Part shown: positions 16,800 to 26,676 of the stretch, one piece after another
Layout: each line of letters starts with the position of its first letter
How positions within the stretch are numbered: the stretch's first letter is position 1
NCBI GenBank assembly: GCA_046758745.1
Contig: JBHIAV010000009.1
Span: forward strand, 1-64,000
Direction: 5' to 3'
From: Gemmatimonadota bacterium
GTDB taxonomy: Bacteria > Gemmatimonadota > Gemmatimonadetes > Palauibacterales > Palauibacteraceae
Length of the DNA: 64,000 nucleotides
Made by a program: the position numbers and the translations under genes
The notes under the pieces: model-generated
Databases searched by the model: none
What the model saw: the letters and a program-made list of their open reading frames with translations, nothing else
What the model was told of the DNA's origin: nothing

Positions 16800-19700
16800 G
16801 TGGTCGATCTGCTGGATCGCATCAGAACCGGCCTCGCCGAGCGCTACCGGATCGAGCACGAGCTTGGCCGCGGCGGCATGGCCACCGTGTACCGGGCGCT
16901 CGACCTCCGGCACGGCCGGCATGTGGCGATCAAGGTGCTGCGGCCGGAACTCGCCGCGACCCTCGGAGGGGAGCGTTTCCTGCGCGAGATCGGGATAGAG
17001 TCGCGCCTTCAACATCCTCACATCCTCCCCCTGCACGACTCCGGAGAGGTCGAGGGCACGCTCTTCTGCGTGATGCCGTACGTGGAGGGCGAGTCCCTCA
17101 GGGGCCGGCTCGATCGCGATACCCGGCTGCCGATCGAGGAGGCGGTTCGCATCGGCCGGGAGGTGAGCGACGCGCTCCAGTACGCCCACCGACGCGGGGT
17201 CATCCACCGGGACATCAAGCCCGGGAACATCATGCTCGCCTCCGGGCACGCGATCGTGACCGACTTCGGGATCGCGAAGGCCGTCGCGGAGGCGGGGGGC
17301 GAGCGGCTCACGCAGACGGGGCTGGCGGTCGGGACGCCGGCGTACATGAGCCCCGAGCAGGGGAGCGGCTCGGAGCGAGTGGACGAACGGAGCGACCTCT
17401 ACTCGCTGGGGTGTGTGCTGTTCGAGATGCTGGCGGGTCGGCCTCCCTTCACGGGCCGCAGCGCGCAGGCCGTGCTCGCGCAGCACATGGTGGAGCCGGT
17501 TCCCTCGGTGCAGTTGGCGCGTCCCGAGACTCCGCACCACGTGGCGGAGGCGATCCGGAGGGCTCTCGCCAAGGACCCGGAGGAGCGCTTCGCCACGGCC
17601 GCGGAGCTTTCCGCCGCGCTCGAGGGGAGGACGGAGACCGCTGCGCCGGCTGTCCGGGCGACCGCGCGCCTTCGCTGGAAGCGCTGGTTCGTCGGTTGGC
17701 ACCGCGTCGCCTTGATCACCATCGCACTGGGAGCGCTCGGGACGCTGGCGGCGGTGATCCGGGCCGGCGGGCTGGATCCGGCCAAGGCCTATGCGGTGGC
17801 GGAGCCGCGCCTCTCCTACGCGATTCCCTCCTTCGTGGCGGTATCGGGAACGGCCGAGGAGCGGCAGCTGGCCGATAGGGTCGCCTTCGAGATCGGCCAC
17901 ATCCTGCGCGGCTGGGGCCCGATTCGCGTCGTCAACCGGTTCGCGCTCGCGGGGAGCGCCAGCCGCCTCGGGATCGATGTGGAGCGAGCCGTCTCCCTCG
18001 ACGAGGGCCTCACCCTGGCCCGCGACGTCCTCGTCGGCTCGCTCGTGCTCGGAGAGCTCTCCGCGCGTGGCGATTCCGTTCACCTCTCCGTGTACGTCTA
18101 CGACGCGGCGAGCGGAGGAGAGATCGAGGCCATCCCGGAGACCGGGGCGCTCGACGACCTGTGGGACCTGGTGTATCGGACGGCGAACCGGATCGCGTTC
18201 CTGCTCGATGCAGAGGATCGGTCCCCCTTCGAGTGGCAGGACATGTCACGAAGCCCGCCGGCCATTCAGGAGTACCTGATCGGTCTCGAGGCGCTCGAGC
18301 GGTGGCGCCTCCACGAGGCGGAGCGCGCCTTTCTCGCCGCGATCGCTTCGGACACGGCGTTTGCCCTTCCCCACCACTACCTGGCGGTGACTATCGCCTG
18401 GCAGGATGCGATCAGGGCCTCACGGCTCGCCACGCGGGAGGATTCCATCCGGAGGCTGACGGCCGAGGCCGTCGCCCTCGCCGAGCGATCCGAGGGCCTG
18501 CCGTGGGCGGATGGCCAGCGGGTGGCCGCCTTCCACAGCTTCCAGCACGGCGAGCTCGATGAGGCCCGGCACCTGTACCGGGAGATCCTCGGCCGCGACT
18601 CCACCGACGCCTGGGCGTGGCTCCACATGGGAAGCGTGGAGTTCTCGGATCGGTCGATCGTCACGAGGGAGGAGGGAGGGCCGCGCCCCCGGCAGGACCT
18701 TAACCTGGCCGTGCGGGCGTTCCGCCGTGCCGTTCAGGTGAAACCCGATTTCCACCTCGGGTACGGGAGCCTCTTCCGCACGTACCGCTCCGTGACTTCG
18801 TACGCGCTCGCGGGTGCCTGCCGCCTCTTCGTCGCTTCACCCGAGGAGGCGGCGGAGCTCATGCAGACGGGAGCGGACCGGGCGGACCGTGTCTTCTGCC
18901 CGGTGTGGCTGGACACCATCGCCTGGCTGGAGCCGGATTCGCTGGCCAGCGTGGACCGGGAGCGCGTGGCGGCCACGGCCCTCGCGTACCGAGACTCGGC
19001 CGAGGCGCAGCTCCGCCGGTGGAGCCTCTCGCCCGGTGCGGCGCGGCCCCACGAGGAGCTGGCCCTGCTGTACGAGATGCGCCGCTACGATCGCGAGCGT
19101 GCGACGGGTGCTGCCGAAATCGCCGGCCTCGCGGACTCCGCCCTGCGGCACCGCGAGATCGCCCTCCGCCTGGCGGGCGACACGTTGCCAGAGGATCGCG
19201 TCCAATTGGGCGCCCTGCACCTCGCGCTGGAAGAGGTGGCCAGGGCGGTGGCGCTCACCGAGGACGGCCTGTCGCGTCTGGCGGGCGTCTCCATCGTGCT
19301 GGATGGAGCCCCGAACGCATTCCTGGCGGCGGGTCGCCCCCGTCGCGCCCTCGAGGCGATGGAGCGGGTCGGCAGCAGCCCGATGATGACGGCCGACGGT
19401 CCCGACGGTCGAGCCGTCTCCTTCGGCGGCGCCGAGCGGACGCTGGACCGCATCCAGATCCTCGGAAGCGGCGGTGTGCCCAGCCCCAGGCTGGGGGCCG
19501 AGTTCGAGGAACTGTGGCGCATCTGGTCGGGACCGACCTACAGCCGCCCCGAGCTCGCCCTGCTGGCGGGAAACCCGGAGGTGGTGATCCGGATCGCCCC
19601 GGCGCTCCTGCTGGATGCAGCGGCTCTGGAGGAATGGACATCGCGGCTCGACACGGTGCCGGTTGCGTGGCAGGCCTACAGGCTGAGCGAGCGCGACCCC

Positions 19701-20060
19701 CGCTCGGCGAACGCGGCGCTCGACCTGGCCCTCACCGCCCTGGAGGAGGAGGTCGATGGTGACCGCTCGCGGGAGTACTACGTCATCGGTGTAACGGCGC
19801 AGCATCTCGACAGGCACCAGGTCGCCATCCGGACCCTGGAGCGGCTCGATGCGTGGCCGATCGCTCTCGAGGTCCTGGACGGTGCGTGGGGCCTCCTCAG
19901 CCTCTCCTACCTACAGCGCGCGAGGTCCTACGAGGCGCTCGGCGACACGACAAGCGCCGTCCGGTTCTACGAGAGGTTCGTGGAGGCATGGTCGGAGGCG
20001 GAGCCGGCGCAGCGGCCGCTCGTCGGGGAGGCACGGGAGGCACTTCGCCGCCTCAGATAG
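16800..20060 (+). CDS. membrane-anchored Ser/Thr protein kinase with a large C-terminal TPR region
   Basis: LGRGGMATVY, VAIK, HRDIKPGN, DFG and GTPAYMSPEQ; TM helix VALITIALGALGTLAAVI; TPR-like helices; GTG start after GGAGG. Confidence 0.9.
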   Translation: MVDLLDRIRTGLAERYRIEHELGRGGMATVYRALDLRHGRHVAIKVLRPELAATLGGERFLREIGIESRLQHPHILPLHDSGEVEGTLFCVMPYVEGESLRGRLDRDTRLPIEEAVRIGREVSDALQYAHRRGVIHRDIKPGNIMLASGHAIVTDFGIAKAVAEAGGERLTQTGLAVGTPAYMSPEQGSGSERVDERSDLYSLGCVLFEMLAGRPPFTGRSAQAVLAQHMVEPVPSVQLARPETPHHVAEAIRRALAKDPEERFATAAELSAALEGRTETAAPAVRATARLRWKRWFVGWHRVALITIALGALGTLAAVIRAGGLDPAKAYAVAEPRLSYAIPSFVAVSGTAEERQLADRVAFEIGHILRGWGPIRVVNRFALAGSASRLGIDVERAVSLDEGLTLARDVLVGSLVLGELSARGDSVHLSVYVYDAASGGEIEAIPETGALDDLWDLVYRTANRIAFLLDAEDRSPFEWQDMSRSPPAIQEYLIGLEALERWRLHEAERAFLAAIASDTAFALPHHYLAVTIAWQDAIRASRLATREDSIRRLTAEAVALAERSEGLPWADGQRVAAFHSFQHGELDEARHLYREILGRDSTDAWAWLHMGSVEFSDRSIVTREEGGPRPRQDLNLAVRAFRRAVQVKPDFHLGYGSLFRTYRSVTSYALAGACRLFVASPEEAAELMQTGADRADRVFCPVWLDTIAWLEPDSLASVDRERVAATALAYRDSAEAQLRRWSLSPGAARPHEELALLYEMRRYDRERATGAAEIAGLADSALRHREIALRLAGDTLPEDRVQLGALHLALEEVARAVALTEDGLSRLAGVSIVLDGAPNAFLAAGRPRRALEAMERVGSSPMMTADGPDGRAVSFGGAERTLDRIQILGSGGVPSPRLGAEFEELWRIWSGPTYSRPELALLAGNPEVVIRIAPALLLDAAALEEWTSRLDTVPVAWQAYRLSERDPRSANAALDLALTALEEEVDGDRSREYYVIGVTAQHLDRHQVAIRTLERLDAWPIALEVLDGAWGLLSLSYLQRARSYEALGDTTSAVRFYERFVEAWSEAEPAQRPLVGEAREALRRLR

Positions 20061-20267
20061 AGAGGAAGCATGTATCAGTCGGAAACCACGATGACCCGAG
20101 GAGACCCTGCCAGGGTGCGGTCCCGGAGAGCCGCGGCGCGACGGGATCACGAGCCCGGCTCCCATCCGTGACGGAGAGGTCACGCGTCGATCCACGATTC
20201 GCCCCGATCCGATCCGCAGGACCGGAAGCTGGCCGAACCGACGGAGCAGGCATCAACGAGGTGTACT

Positions 20268-20729
20268 ATGAGCACGGTGACGAAGGAACAGGGGATTAGC
20301 GTGACCCTGCGTATAGCATCGACCCAAATCGAGTGGCCCGAAGGACAGGCCTGGCGATACGATGCGCAGCAGGACCCTTACGAGGTGTCCACGGCGGTCC
20401 AGCTGGAAGAGCTCAAGCTGCCGGACCTAGAATTCGACAAGGGTCGAATCTGGTTTTCGCCACCGCCGGCCTTCGGGTCCGACAAGGTGGGGCTGGGAAC
20501 CGATCTGAACGGTGCGCCCTTGAGGCGCATCCGCCTCGTCGTGATCCCGAACCCGAAGAACCCGCCGGGCAGCCTCCAAGTCCTCGGCTTCTACGGGACG
20601 GCCGCGGTAGCGGGAGGCGGGGGGGCGGCCTATGCGGCGTCTACCTATTCGTGCGTGCAGTGCGGCGAGACGACCGTATGTGGGAGCAGGCCCTGCGTGC
20701 GGTGCAAGGGGACACTGACGTGTAGCTAA
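20268..20729 (+). CDS. hypothetical protein with a C-terminal 6-Cys module
   Basis: ATG after GAGGTG; ends GGGGAAYAASTYSCVQCGETTVCGSRPCVRCKGTLTCS. Confidence 0.65.
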   Translation: MSTVTKEQGISVTLRIASTQIEWPEGQAWRYDAQQDPYEVSTAVQLEELKLPDLEFDKGRIWFSPPPAFGSDKVGLGTDLNGAPLRRIRLVVIPNPKNPPGSLQVLGFYGTAAVAGGGGAAYAASTYSCVQCGETTVCGSRPCVRCKGTLTCS

Positions 20730-20898
20730 CTACTAGGAAGCTGCCCGCGTCCCAGCGGACCTCGCGACGGGGGAGCCTCGCGCCACTTGGCCATCGAGCT
20801 GATGGGACCCGGCCGGAGCGGCCGGGTCCCCCCGGGGACCAGACCCCGCCCCTGCGGTGGGGCGGAGCCTTCCCGATCGTCGAGGAAGGTCCTATAGG

Positions 20899-21069
20899 TT
20901 ACGCTGCGGACAGGTTGTCGTTGATGTCCTGGAAGACGTTGCGGATCGTCGGGCCCAAGAGGCGGACGGCCGCGATCACCACGAGCGCGATCAGGGCGAG
21001 CAGGATCGCGTACTCCGCCAGATCCTGGCCGGACTCGTCTCTCCAAAGACGCTCGACGCTTTCCAGCAT
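20899..21069 (-). CDS. flp: Flp family type IVb (Tad) pilin
   Basis: MLESVERLWRDESG|QDLAEYAILLALIALVVI: prepilin cleavage Gly, E+5/Y+6 Flp motif and hydrophobic helix; RBS GGAGGAGG. Confidence 0.93.
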   Translation of the reverse strand: MLESVERLWRDESGQDLAEYAILLALIALVVIAAVRLLGPTIRNVFQDINDNLSAA

Positions 21070-21266
21070 GCTGCCTCCTCCCGGCCGCACGGCCGATCTG
21101 AGTCGCGAACCACCCCCGCGAAGTCACGAGCCGCTCTGCTCGTGCCCGGGCCCGCACCCCGGCCTAAGATAAGGCAACGGGCGGCCTCCGGCACAACCCG
21201 AGGAGCGCCGCCTGCGGGCGGGAAGGGCCGACGCCCCCGGCACGCGCGGCGGCGGGCGCCATATCG

Positions 21267-21293
21267 TAACGCGCTATATGATAGGCAGTTATG
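21267..21293. promoter_or_regulatory. TAAC-N17-GTTA imperfect palindrome upstream of flp
   Basis: TAACGCG-N11-GCAGTTATG; same spacing as the motifs at 62199 and 24701. Confidence 0.4.
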
Positions 21294-23128
21294 TTGCTGG
21301 TGGGCATCGAGAGCGGAGCCCGCGGAGCAGCGGGACGCTCCTCGCTTGGTTCCTCTCAGCGCTGGCGATCGGCGCCGCGGCCAAGCCCCTCGGCGCGGAC
21401 TCCCCGCACCCGGCGGGGCGGCCTCCGGCCCATTCCATCGGAGCGGTTTCCCGCACCGTCCGACCGACACGCGCCGACGCCCGCGCGGGCGCTGGGCAGG
21501 ACTCGGTGGAGATCGTCCGCCGCGCCCGCTCCCGGCAGGCTCGGTTCGAGTGGCTGCGAACGCGCAGCTTCCCGTGGACGTGGAACCGACGCTTCCGGTG
21601 CGACGAGCGGGTCGGGCGATTCTGCCTGACTCATGATGCAGACCACCGGCCGCCCGGGGAGGAGCCCGAGGAGGTACGTCGGGAGCGGGAGGGATTGATC
21701 GACGAGCTCGAGCTCGCGTCCGTGTCGCTTCCCGGAGACGGCTGGATCGCCGGACAGAGGGTCCGGTACCTCGTGGAGGCCGGGCGTCACCGGGATGCGC
21801 TGTCGGCCGCCGCGTCCTGCCGTGCCCAGCCGCCGTGGTGGTGCCGGGCCCTCTCGGGCTATGCCTTTCTCGCGGCTGGTCTACCCGGCCGGGCCGAATT
21901 CGCCTTCGCCGAGGCGCTCCGCCTCATGCCCCCCGACGAACGGTGCAGGTGGCGGGACATCTCCCTCTTTCTCAAGGGCGAGGTCCGCCGGAGCTATCGA
22001 CGGCTTCGGTGCGGGCGCCGCGGTGGGGTGGAGGCCCGGTTCTGGTGGCTGGCGGATCCCTTGTGGTCGCAGTCGGGGAACGACCGGCGGCTCGAGCACC
22101 TGGCTCGTCACGTGATCGATCGGATGCAGACCGACGCGCGCTCGGCGTTCGGCGTCCCGTGGGGCGCCGATCTGCGAGAGCTCCTCCTCCGCTACGGCTG
22201 GCCGGGCCGTTGGGAGCGACGGCCGTCGAACCGTGTCGACCTCGCGGCCGACCCGTCCATCGTGAGCCACGACCCTCCGGCGATCCGATGCTTCCTTCCA
22301 CCCTCCCGCCTTCTCGAGGACCCGGCCTCCATCCGTTCGGATGAGTGGTCGCTCGAGCCGCCGAGGCCCTTCTCGGGGTACGCGCCCCGTCATCTGGCCG
22401 GGTTCGACACGCTCGCGCATCAGTTCGCGCGCTTTCGAAGCGGCGACTCGGTCGTTCTGGTCGGCGCGTACGATGTGGGCTCGGACTCCGGATGGGTCGC
22501 GGGGCCGGTGAGGGCCGCTCTTATGGCCGCGCGGAGCGAGGAAGCCTCACCGGCCGCGGTGATCGACGATCAGGCCCCGCTGGCCGGCGCGCTGCGCGTC
22601 GCGTTCCCCTCCCGGTCCGTGGTGGCCAGCCTGGAGGTTCTCTCCCGGGCTCAACGGCGTGCGGCCCGGGCCCGCTACGGGATTCCGGCTGCACCACGCA
22701 ACCGATTCGTCGCCGAGATCTCCGACCTCCTGATCACCCGTGCGGTGGATCCCCCGCCGACATCGCTCGACGAGGCGATCCCCCTCGCCCGCGGATCGCT
22801 CCGGGCCCCGCCGGGCGAGCGTCTCGGGCTGTATTGGGAAGTGTACGGCCTTTCACCCGCCGGGGAGAAGCTCTCGGTGGCGTTCACCCTGCGCCGGGAG
22901 GGACGGAGCTGGCTCCGCGCGCTGGCGGAGACGGTCGGCCTGGCCGGCGGTCGCCCCGCCGTGAGGCTGGAGTGGGAGGAATCGACGGCGGCCGGAGAAG
23001 TCACGTGGCGCCGCGGGCTGTCGGTTCAGCTTCCCGAGTTGAAGCGGGGCCCCTACGTTTTGCGGGTCGAGGTGGGCACACGAGGGCGGGAGACGATGGC
23101 GGCGGAGCGGCGGCTCATCATCCAGTAG
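21278..23128 (+). CDS. hypothetical exported protein (GWxTD-like region)
   Basis: 616-codon ORF with a hydrophobic N-terminus, FWWLADPLW and ELLLRYGWP motifs, and an Ig-like C-terminus (LGLYWEVYG, GPYVLRVEV); start uncertain. Confidence 0.7.
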   Translation: MIGSYVAGGHRERSPRSSGTLLAWFLSALAIGAAAKPLGADSPHPAGRPPAHSIGAVSRTVRPTRADARAGAGQDSVEIVRRARSRQARFEWLRTRSFPWTWNRRFRCDERVGRFCLTHDADHRPPGEEPEEVRREREGLIDELELASVSLPGDGWIAGQRVRYLVEAGRHRDALSAAASCRAQPPWWCRALSGYAFLAAGLPGRAEFAFAEALRLMPPDERCRWRDISLFLKGEVRRSYRRLRCGRRGGVEARFWWLADPLWSQSGNDRRLEHLARHVIDRMQTDARSAFGVPWGADLRELLLRYGWPGRWERRPSNRVDLAADPSIVSHDPPAIRCFLPPSRLLEDPASIRSDEWSLEPPRPFSGYAPRHLAGFDTLAHQFARFRSGDSVVLVGAYDVGSDSGWVAGPVRAALMAARSEEASPAAVIDDQAPLAGALRVAFPSRSVVASLEVLSRAQRRAARARYGIPAAPRNRFVAEISDLLITRAVDPPPTSLDEAIPLARGSLRAPPGERLGLYWEVYGLSPAGEKLSVAFTLRREGRSWLRALAETVGLAGGRPAVRLEWEESTAAGEVTWRRGLSVQLPELKRGPYVLRVEVGTRGRETMAAERRLIIQ

Positions 23129-23254
23129 CCGGCAATGGGCCCGCGCCGCACTCGGGCTCGGCGCGGTTCCGCCCCTACACAGGCCCGACAGCCGGCGGGA
23201 CGCCCCGAGGGACGGCGCGAACCGGCACCCCGCCCGGGCCGGTGGACCCGGCGG

Positions 23255-24406
23255 TCACTCCACCAGCTCGACCCTCCTGACGAGTGGTCCCGCGCCCACG
23301 CCGCCGGTCACCCCCTCGAAGCCGGTGATCCCCATCCACCGGGCGTAGGTGTTCTGCTGGCCGAACGGCACCCCCGGCGGGCCCGGCACGACGAAAACTC
23401 CGGCGAACGCCGCGATCTGAAAGTTGCTCGCCGGTCCCTGCTTGACGTACGTGCGAGGGTCGAAGAGCGGGACGGCGCGGATGCGCGGGCTGACCTCGAA
23501 GCCCGAGTTCACCACGCACTTGCAGCCCTGATCCCACGCGGCGCTCGGGTCCAGCGCGATCAGATCGTTGAATGCTCTCTGGACGCTCTGGACGTTGCCG
23601 TTCTTGTCCGTGATCCAGTCGCCGGGGGCGTAGCTGACCTGAGGATCCGGGCAATCGAGGATCCATTCCCAGATCACCCTGGCGCCGCGGTCGGCCGTCG
23701 GATACCACAGGTACCACCAGCCGGGCTCGAAGGCGTCACCTTCCGGCTGCGAGCCGCCTCCGTTGCTCCCCTTCCCTCCCTTTCCGCTGCTCCCCCCCTG
23801 CGCCGGCTTGAGGACGATCAGCTGGCCGATGTCGTCCGCCGTATACCCCACATATTTCGGATCACCGGGCGGATAGTAGACGTCGCCCTCATCCGGATCG
23901 AACCCGAGGTTGCCGCCCACCTCCACCCAGCGGTCCGCCACGGCCACGGGGAGCAGGCAGTTGACGCGTCCCGCCGGCGACGCGATCGCGGCCGCTCGCG
24001 CCGAGATATCCACTTCGTTCACACCGAACACACGGGCGAAGTAGGTGCCGAGGGGATTGCCGCGATCCCGTGTCCTGTGGACCGTCACGCGGACCTTCGA
24101 CTCCGCGAGGAAGACGTCGACGTCGGCGTCCAGGAGCGACACCGAGCTGCGGCGGACCTCGTTCCGCTGCGCGAAGGCGATCGCCGCGGCGCGCGCCCGG
24201 TCTTCCGCATCCGGCGTGTGGATCAGAGTCCCCGCTCCGGCCATCGCCGCCAGGTCCGCCACCCGCTGCGCTTCGGTACGTGCGCTGGTGAGCATTCCGT
24301 AGTCGACCGCGAGGGCCATGATGGAGAGGAGGGCCACCAGGCTCCCGGCGATGATCAGCAGCGTGACGCCCCGCTCATCGCGGAGCTCCTCTCGAAGTCG
24401 AATCAA
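23255..24406 (-). CDS. TadG-like Flp pilus assembly protein (pseudopilin N-terminus)
   Basis: RDERG|VTLLIIAGSLVALLSIMALAVDYG...QRVADLAAMAGA is the Tad signature; TTG start after GAGGAGG. Confidence 0.85.
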   Translation of the reverse strand: MIRLREELRDERGVTLLIIAGSLVALLSIMALAVDYGMLTSARTEAQRVADLAAMAGAGTLIHTPDAEDRARAAAIAFAQRNEVRRSSVSLLDADVDVFLAESKVRVTVHRTRDRGNPLGTYFARVFGVNEVDISARAAAIASPAGRVNCLLPVAVADRWVEVGGNLGFDPDEGDVYYPPGDPKYVGYTADDIGQLIVLKPAQGGSSGKGGKGSNGGGSQPEGDAFEPGWWYLWYPTADRGARVIWEWILDCPDPQVSYAPGDWITDKNGNVQSVQRAFNDLIALDPSAAWDQGCKCVVNSGFEVSPRIRAVPLFDPRTYVKQGPASNFQIAAFAGVFVVPGPPGVPFGQQNTYARWMGITGFEGVTGGVGAGPLVRRVELVE

Positions 24407-24810
24407 GTGCCTCCTCGGTCCGGACGCCCCGCGATGGACGGGTGGGCCGACTGGCGCGGCTTGTGGGTTTGCGCTTGCTCGCAGCCGTACGCGCCGAATG
24501 TAGCGAGTCCGCTCCCGCCCGACCACCTTCGCCGCGTGTCGCGAACCCGCCGAGCTCTTACTTCGAAGCGCCGAAAGACCGGGAGCGTGCCGCGTCGGAG
24601 GCGGCCGGTTCCTCGGGCTATCCCCGTCCTGCAAGCGCGGCGCGCGGCGCAGCCACGTCCCAGGCGGGCGTCGCGGGAGCAGCCGGGCGCACGCGCGGCG
24701 GAACGCCCCGCGGGGCGGCGGGTTACACCGAATCGGAATGAACCGAGGTCCGGCTGCGGCCGAGCGGAACGTCCGGCCGCTGGGCTCGAGCACCCAATCG
24801 TGGAGGCGGC

Positions 24811-26577
24811 GTGCCGGGGAGCGAGCGGCTGAGGCATGGTGTCGTCCTGCTGATCGTCGGCTCGCTCCCCGCCGCTCTTTCGTGTTCCGACGGCCCTGCA
24901 GCTCCGCCCCCGTTTCCCGACCTGCGCTTCGAGCCTCCGGTCCTCGCTCTCGAGACGAACCGCACCGGGGTCGCGCGTCTTCGCAACAACACCTCGACCA
25001 CCTTCGGCCCGATCGCCCTCATCGCCCTGGAGGTCCGGGACGAGTCCGGCGCGCCGGTGGCGGGGGCACAGCTGGAGCCGGATCCGACCCGGATCCCCGC
25101 GCTGGCCGGGGAGAGCGAAGAGGTCATCACCCTCAACCTCGCCCTCCCCCCCGGCATTCCGGCTGGCCCCTACCGAGTGGCGCTGGAGGCGAGACTCGGC
25201 TCGCGCAGGACGAGTCGCCTCGACATCGACTTCGCGGTGCCCCCCCGGAGTGCCACGGTGGCGGCCGTCACCATCGTCTCCGGACCGGCCTCGCCACGCC
25301 AGGGCGACGTCGTCTTGTATGCGGCCGAAGCGCGGGACGCGACCGGCGTCCCGGTCCCATCCCCCGGGTTGAGCTGGAGGCTCCTTCCGGTCTCGGCGGG
25401 GCTCATCGATGCGGGAGGCCGCTTCGTCGGCTACGAGCCCGGCCCGGCCCGCATCATCGTCTCCGCGGACGCGGTCGCCGACACCGCCGGCATCCAGATC
25501 CGTTCGCGCGGCACGATGCATGGCACCTTCGAGGTGGTGAGCCGGGGCTCGGTCACCAGCCGCTTCACCTCCGACCTGTGGGTGCAGGGCGACGTCGCCT
25601 ATACCGGGACGTGGGGGTTTCGCGGGACCGGAGAGTCCCTACGCGAAGGGGATCTCCTCTTCGCATGGGACATCGGCGATCCGTCGGCGCCTTTGTTGAC
25701 CGACTCGGTGCTGGTGGAGGGCGCGGCCGTGGTCAACGATGTCAAGATTCGGTCGGATGGTACGCTGGCGGTGGCGACCGTAGAGTTCTCCGGCGAGAAC
25801 GGCATCATGCTCCTGGACATCGCCGATCCGCACCACCCGAAGGTCATCCGGCGTTTCTCCCCCCCGGAGCTCGGGTCCGGCTCGGGCGTGCACAATACGT
25901 GGATCGAGGGGAACCACCTCTACGCGGTTACGCATCGGCTGGTGGTGCTGGACGTGTCCGAGCCCGACGATCCCGCGGTCGTGACCACCTACTTCGGCGG
26001 TTCCAGCTTCTTGCACGACGTCTATGTGCGCGACGGCCTCGCATTCCTCTCTCACTGGGCCGCCGGTCTCATCATCCTCGATGTCGGGGACGGGATCGCC
26101 GGCGGTTCGCCGACGAGCCCGATCGAGGTGAGCCGCATCGATCTTCCCAACTATCTGGTGCACAACGCGTGGTACTGGCCCGAGGCGGGCTACACTTTTC
26201 TGGGCGACGAAGTGGGGATCCCAGGGGTGATGCGGGTGATCGACGTCCGCGACCCCCGCGATCCGAAAGCGGCAGCCAGCTTCGCCGCCACCGGGGCCGC
26301 TCCCCACAACTTCTGGCTCGACGAGGAGCGTGGCATCCTCTACATGGCGTGGTACGAGAACGGGGTTATTGCGCTCGACGTGAGCGGCGAGCTGCTCGGC
26401 CAGCTCGAGCTACAGGATCGGGAGATCGCCCGGATTCGTTACGCCGAAGGGGGCTTGTGCCCGTTCAACGCCGACTCGTCGACCCAGACGTGCACCTTCG
26501 CCCCACAGCTGGAGAACGGCTTTCTGTATGTGGCGGACATGAATACGGGGCTGTGGGTGCTGCGGCCGGCGTTCTGA
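24811..26577 (+). CDS. LVIVD-repeat beta-propeller lipoprotein with Ig-like N-terminal domains
   Basis: Lipobox-like ALSC; repeats LLDIADPHHP, VVLDVSEPDDP, IILDVGD and VIDVRDPRDP; GVHN/LHD/VHN/PHN His motifs. Confidence 0.8.
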   Translation: MPGSERLRHGVVLLIVGSLPAALSCSDGPAAPPPFPDLRFEPPVLALETNRTGVARLRNNTSTTFGPIALIALEVRDESGAPVAGAQLEPDPTRIPALAGESEEVITLNLALPPGIPAGPYRVALEARLGSRRTSRLDIDFAVPPRSATVAAVTIVSGPASPRQGDVVLYAAEARDATGVPVPSPGLSWRLLPVSAGLIDAGGRFVGYEPGPARIIVSADAVADTAGIQIRSRGTMHGTFEVVSRGSVTSRFTSDLWVQGDVAYTGTWGFRGTGESLREGDLLFAWDIGDPSAPLLTDSVLVEGAAVVNDVKIRSDGTLAVATVEFSGENGIMLLDIADPHHPKVIRRFSPPELGSGSGVHNTWIEGNHLYAVTHRLVVLDVSEPDDPAVVTTYFGGSSFLHDVYVRDGLAFLSHWAAGLIILDVGDGIAGGSPTSPIEVSRIDLPNYLVHNAWYWPEAGYTFLGDEVGIPGVMRVIDVRDPRDPKAAASFAATGAAPHNFWLDEERGILYMAWYENGVIALDVSGELLGQLELQDREIARIRYAEGGLCPFNADSSTQTCTFAPQLENGFLYVADMNTGLWVLRPAF

Positions 26578-26676
26578 GCTCCTGCGGCCGCGCCCGGATC
26601 GGTGAGGGCCGACGCCCCTCCCGGCCGAGGGCCGCGTTCGGCTGGCGCGTTCCGCGTTCGCCGGGAACCGCTCCAC

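Noticed and set aside
21174-21188. sigma54 promoter for flp (and a similar TTGC at 24631-24634 for tadG-1)
   Set aside because: Spacing is GG-N9-GC for flp, and the -24 GG is absent for tadG-1; sigma54 requires GG-N10-GC.
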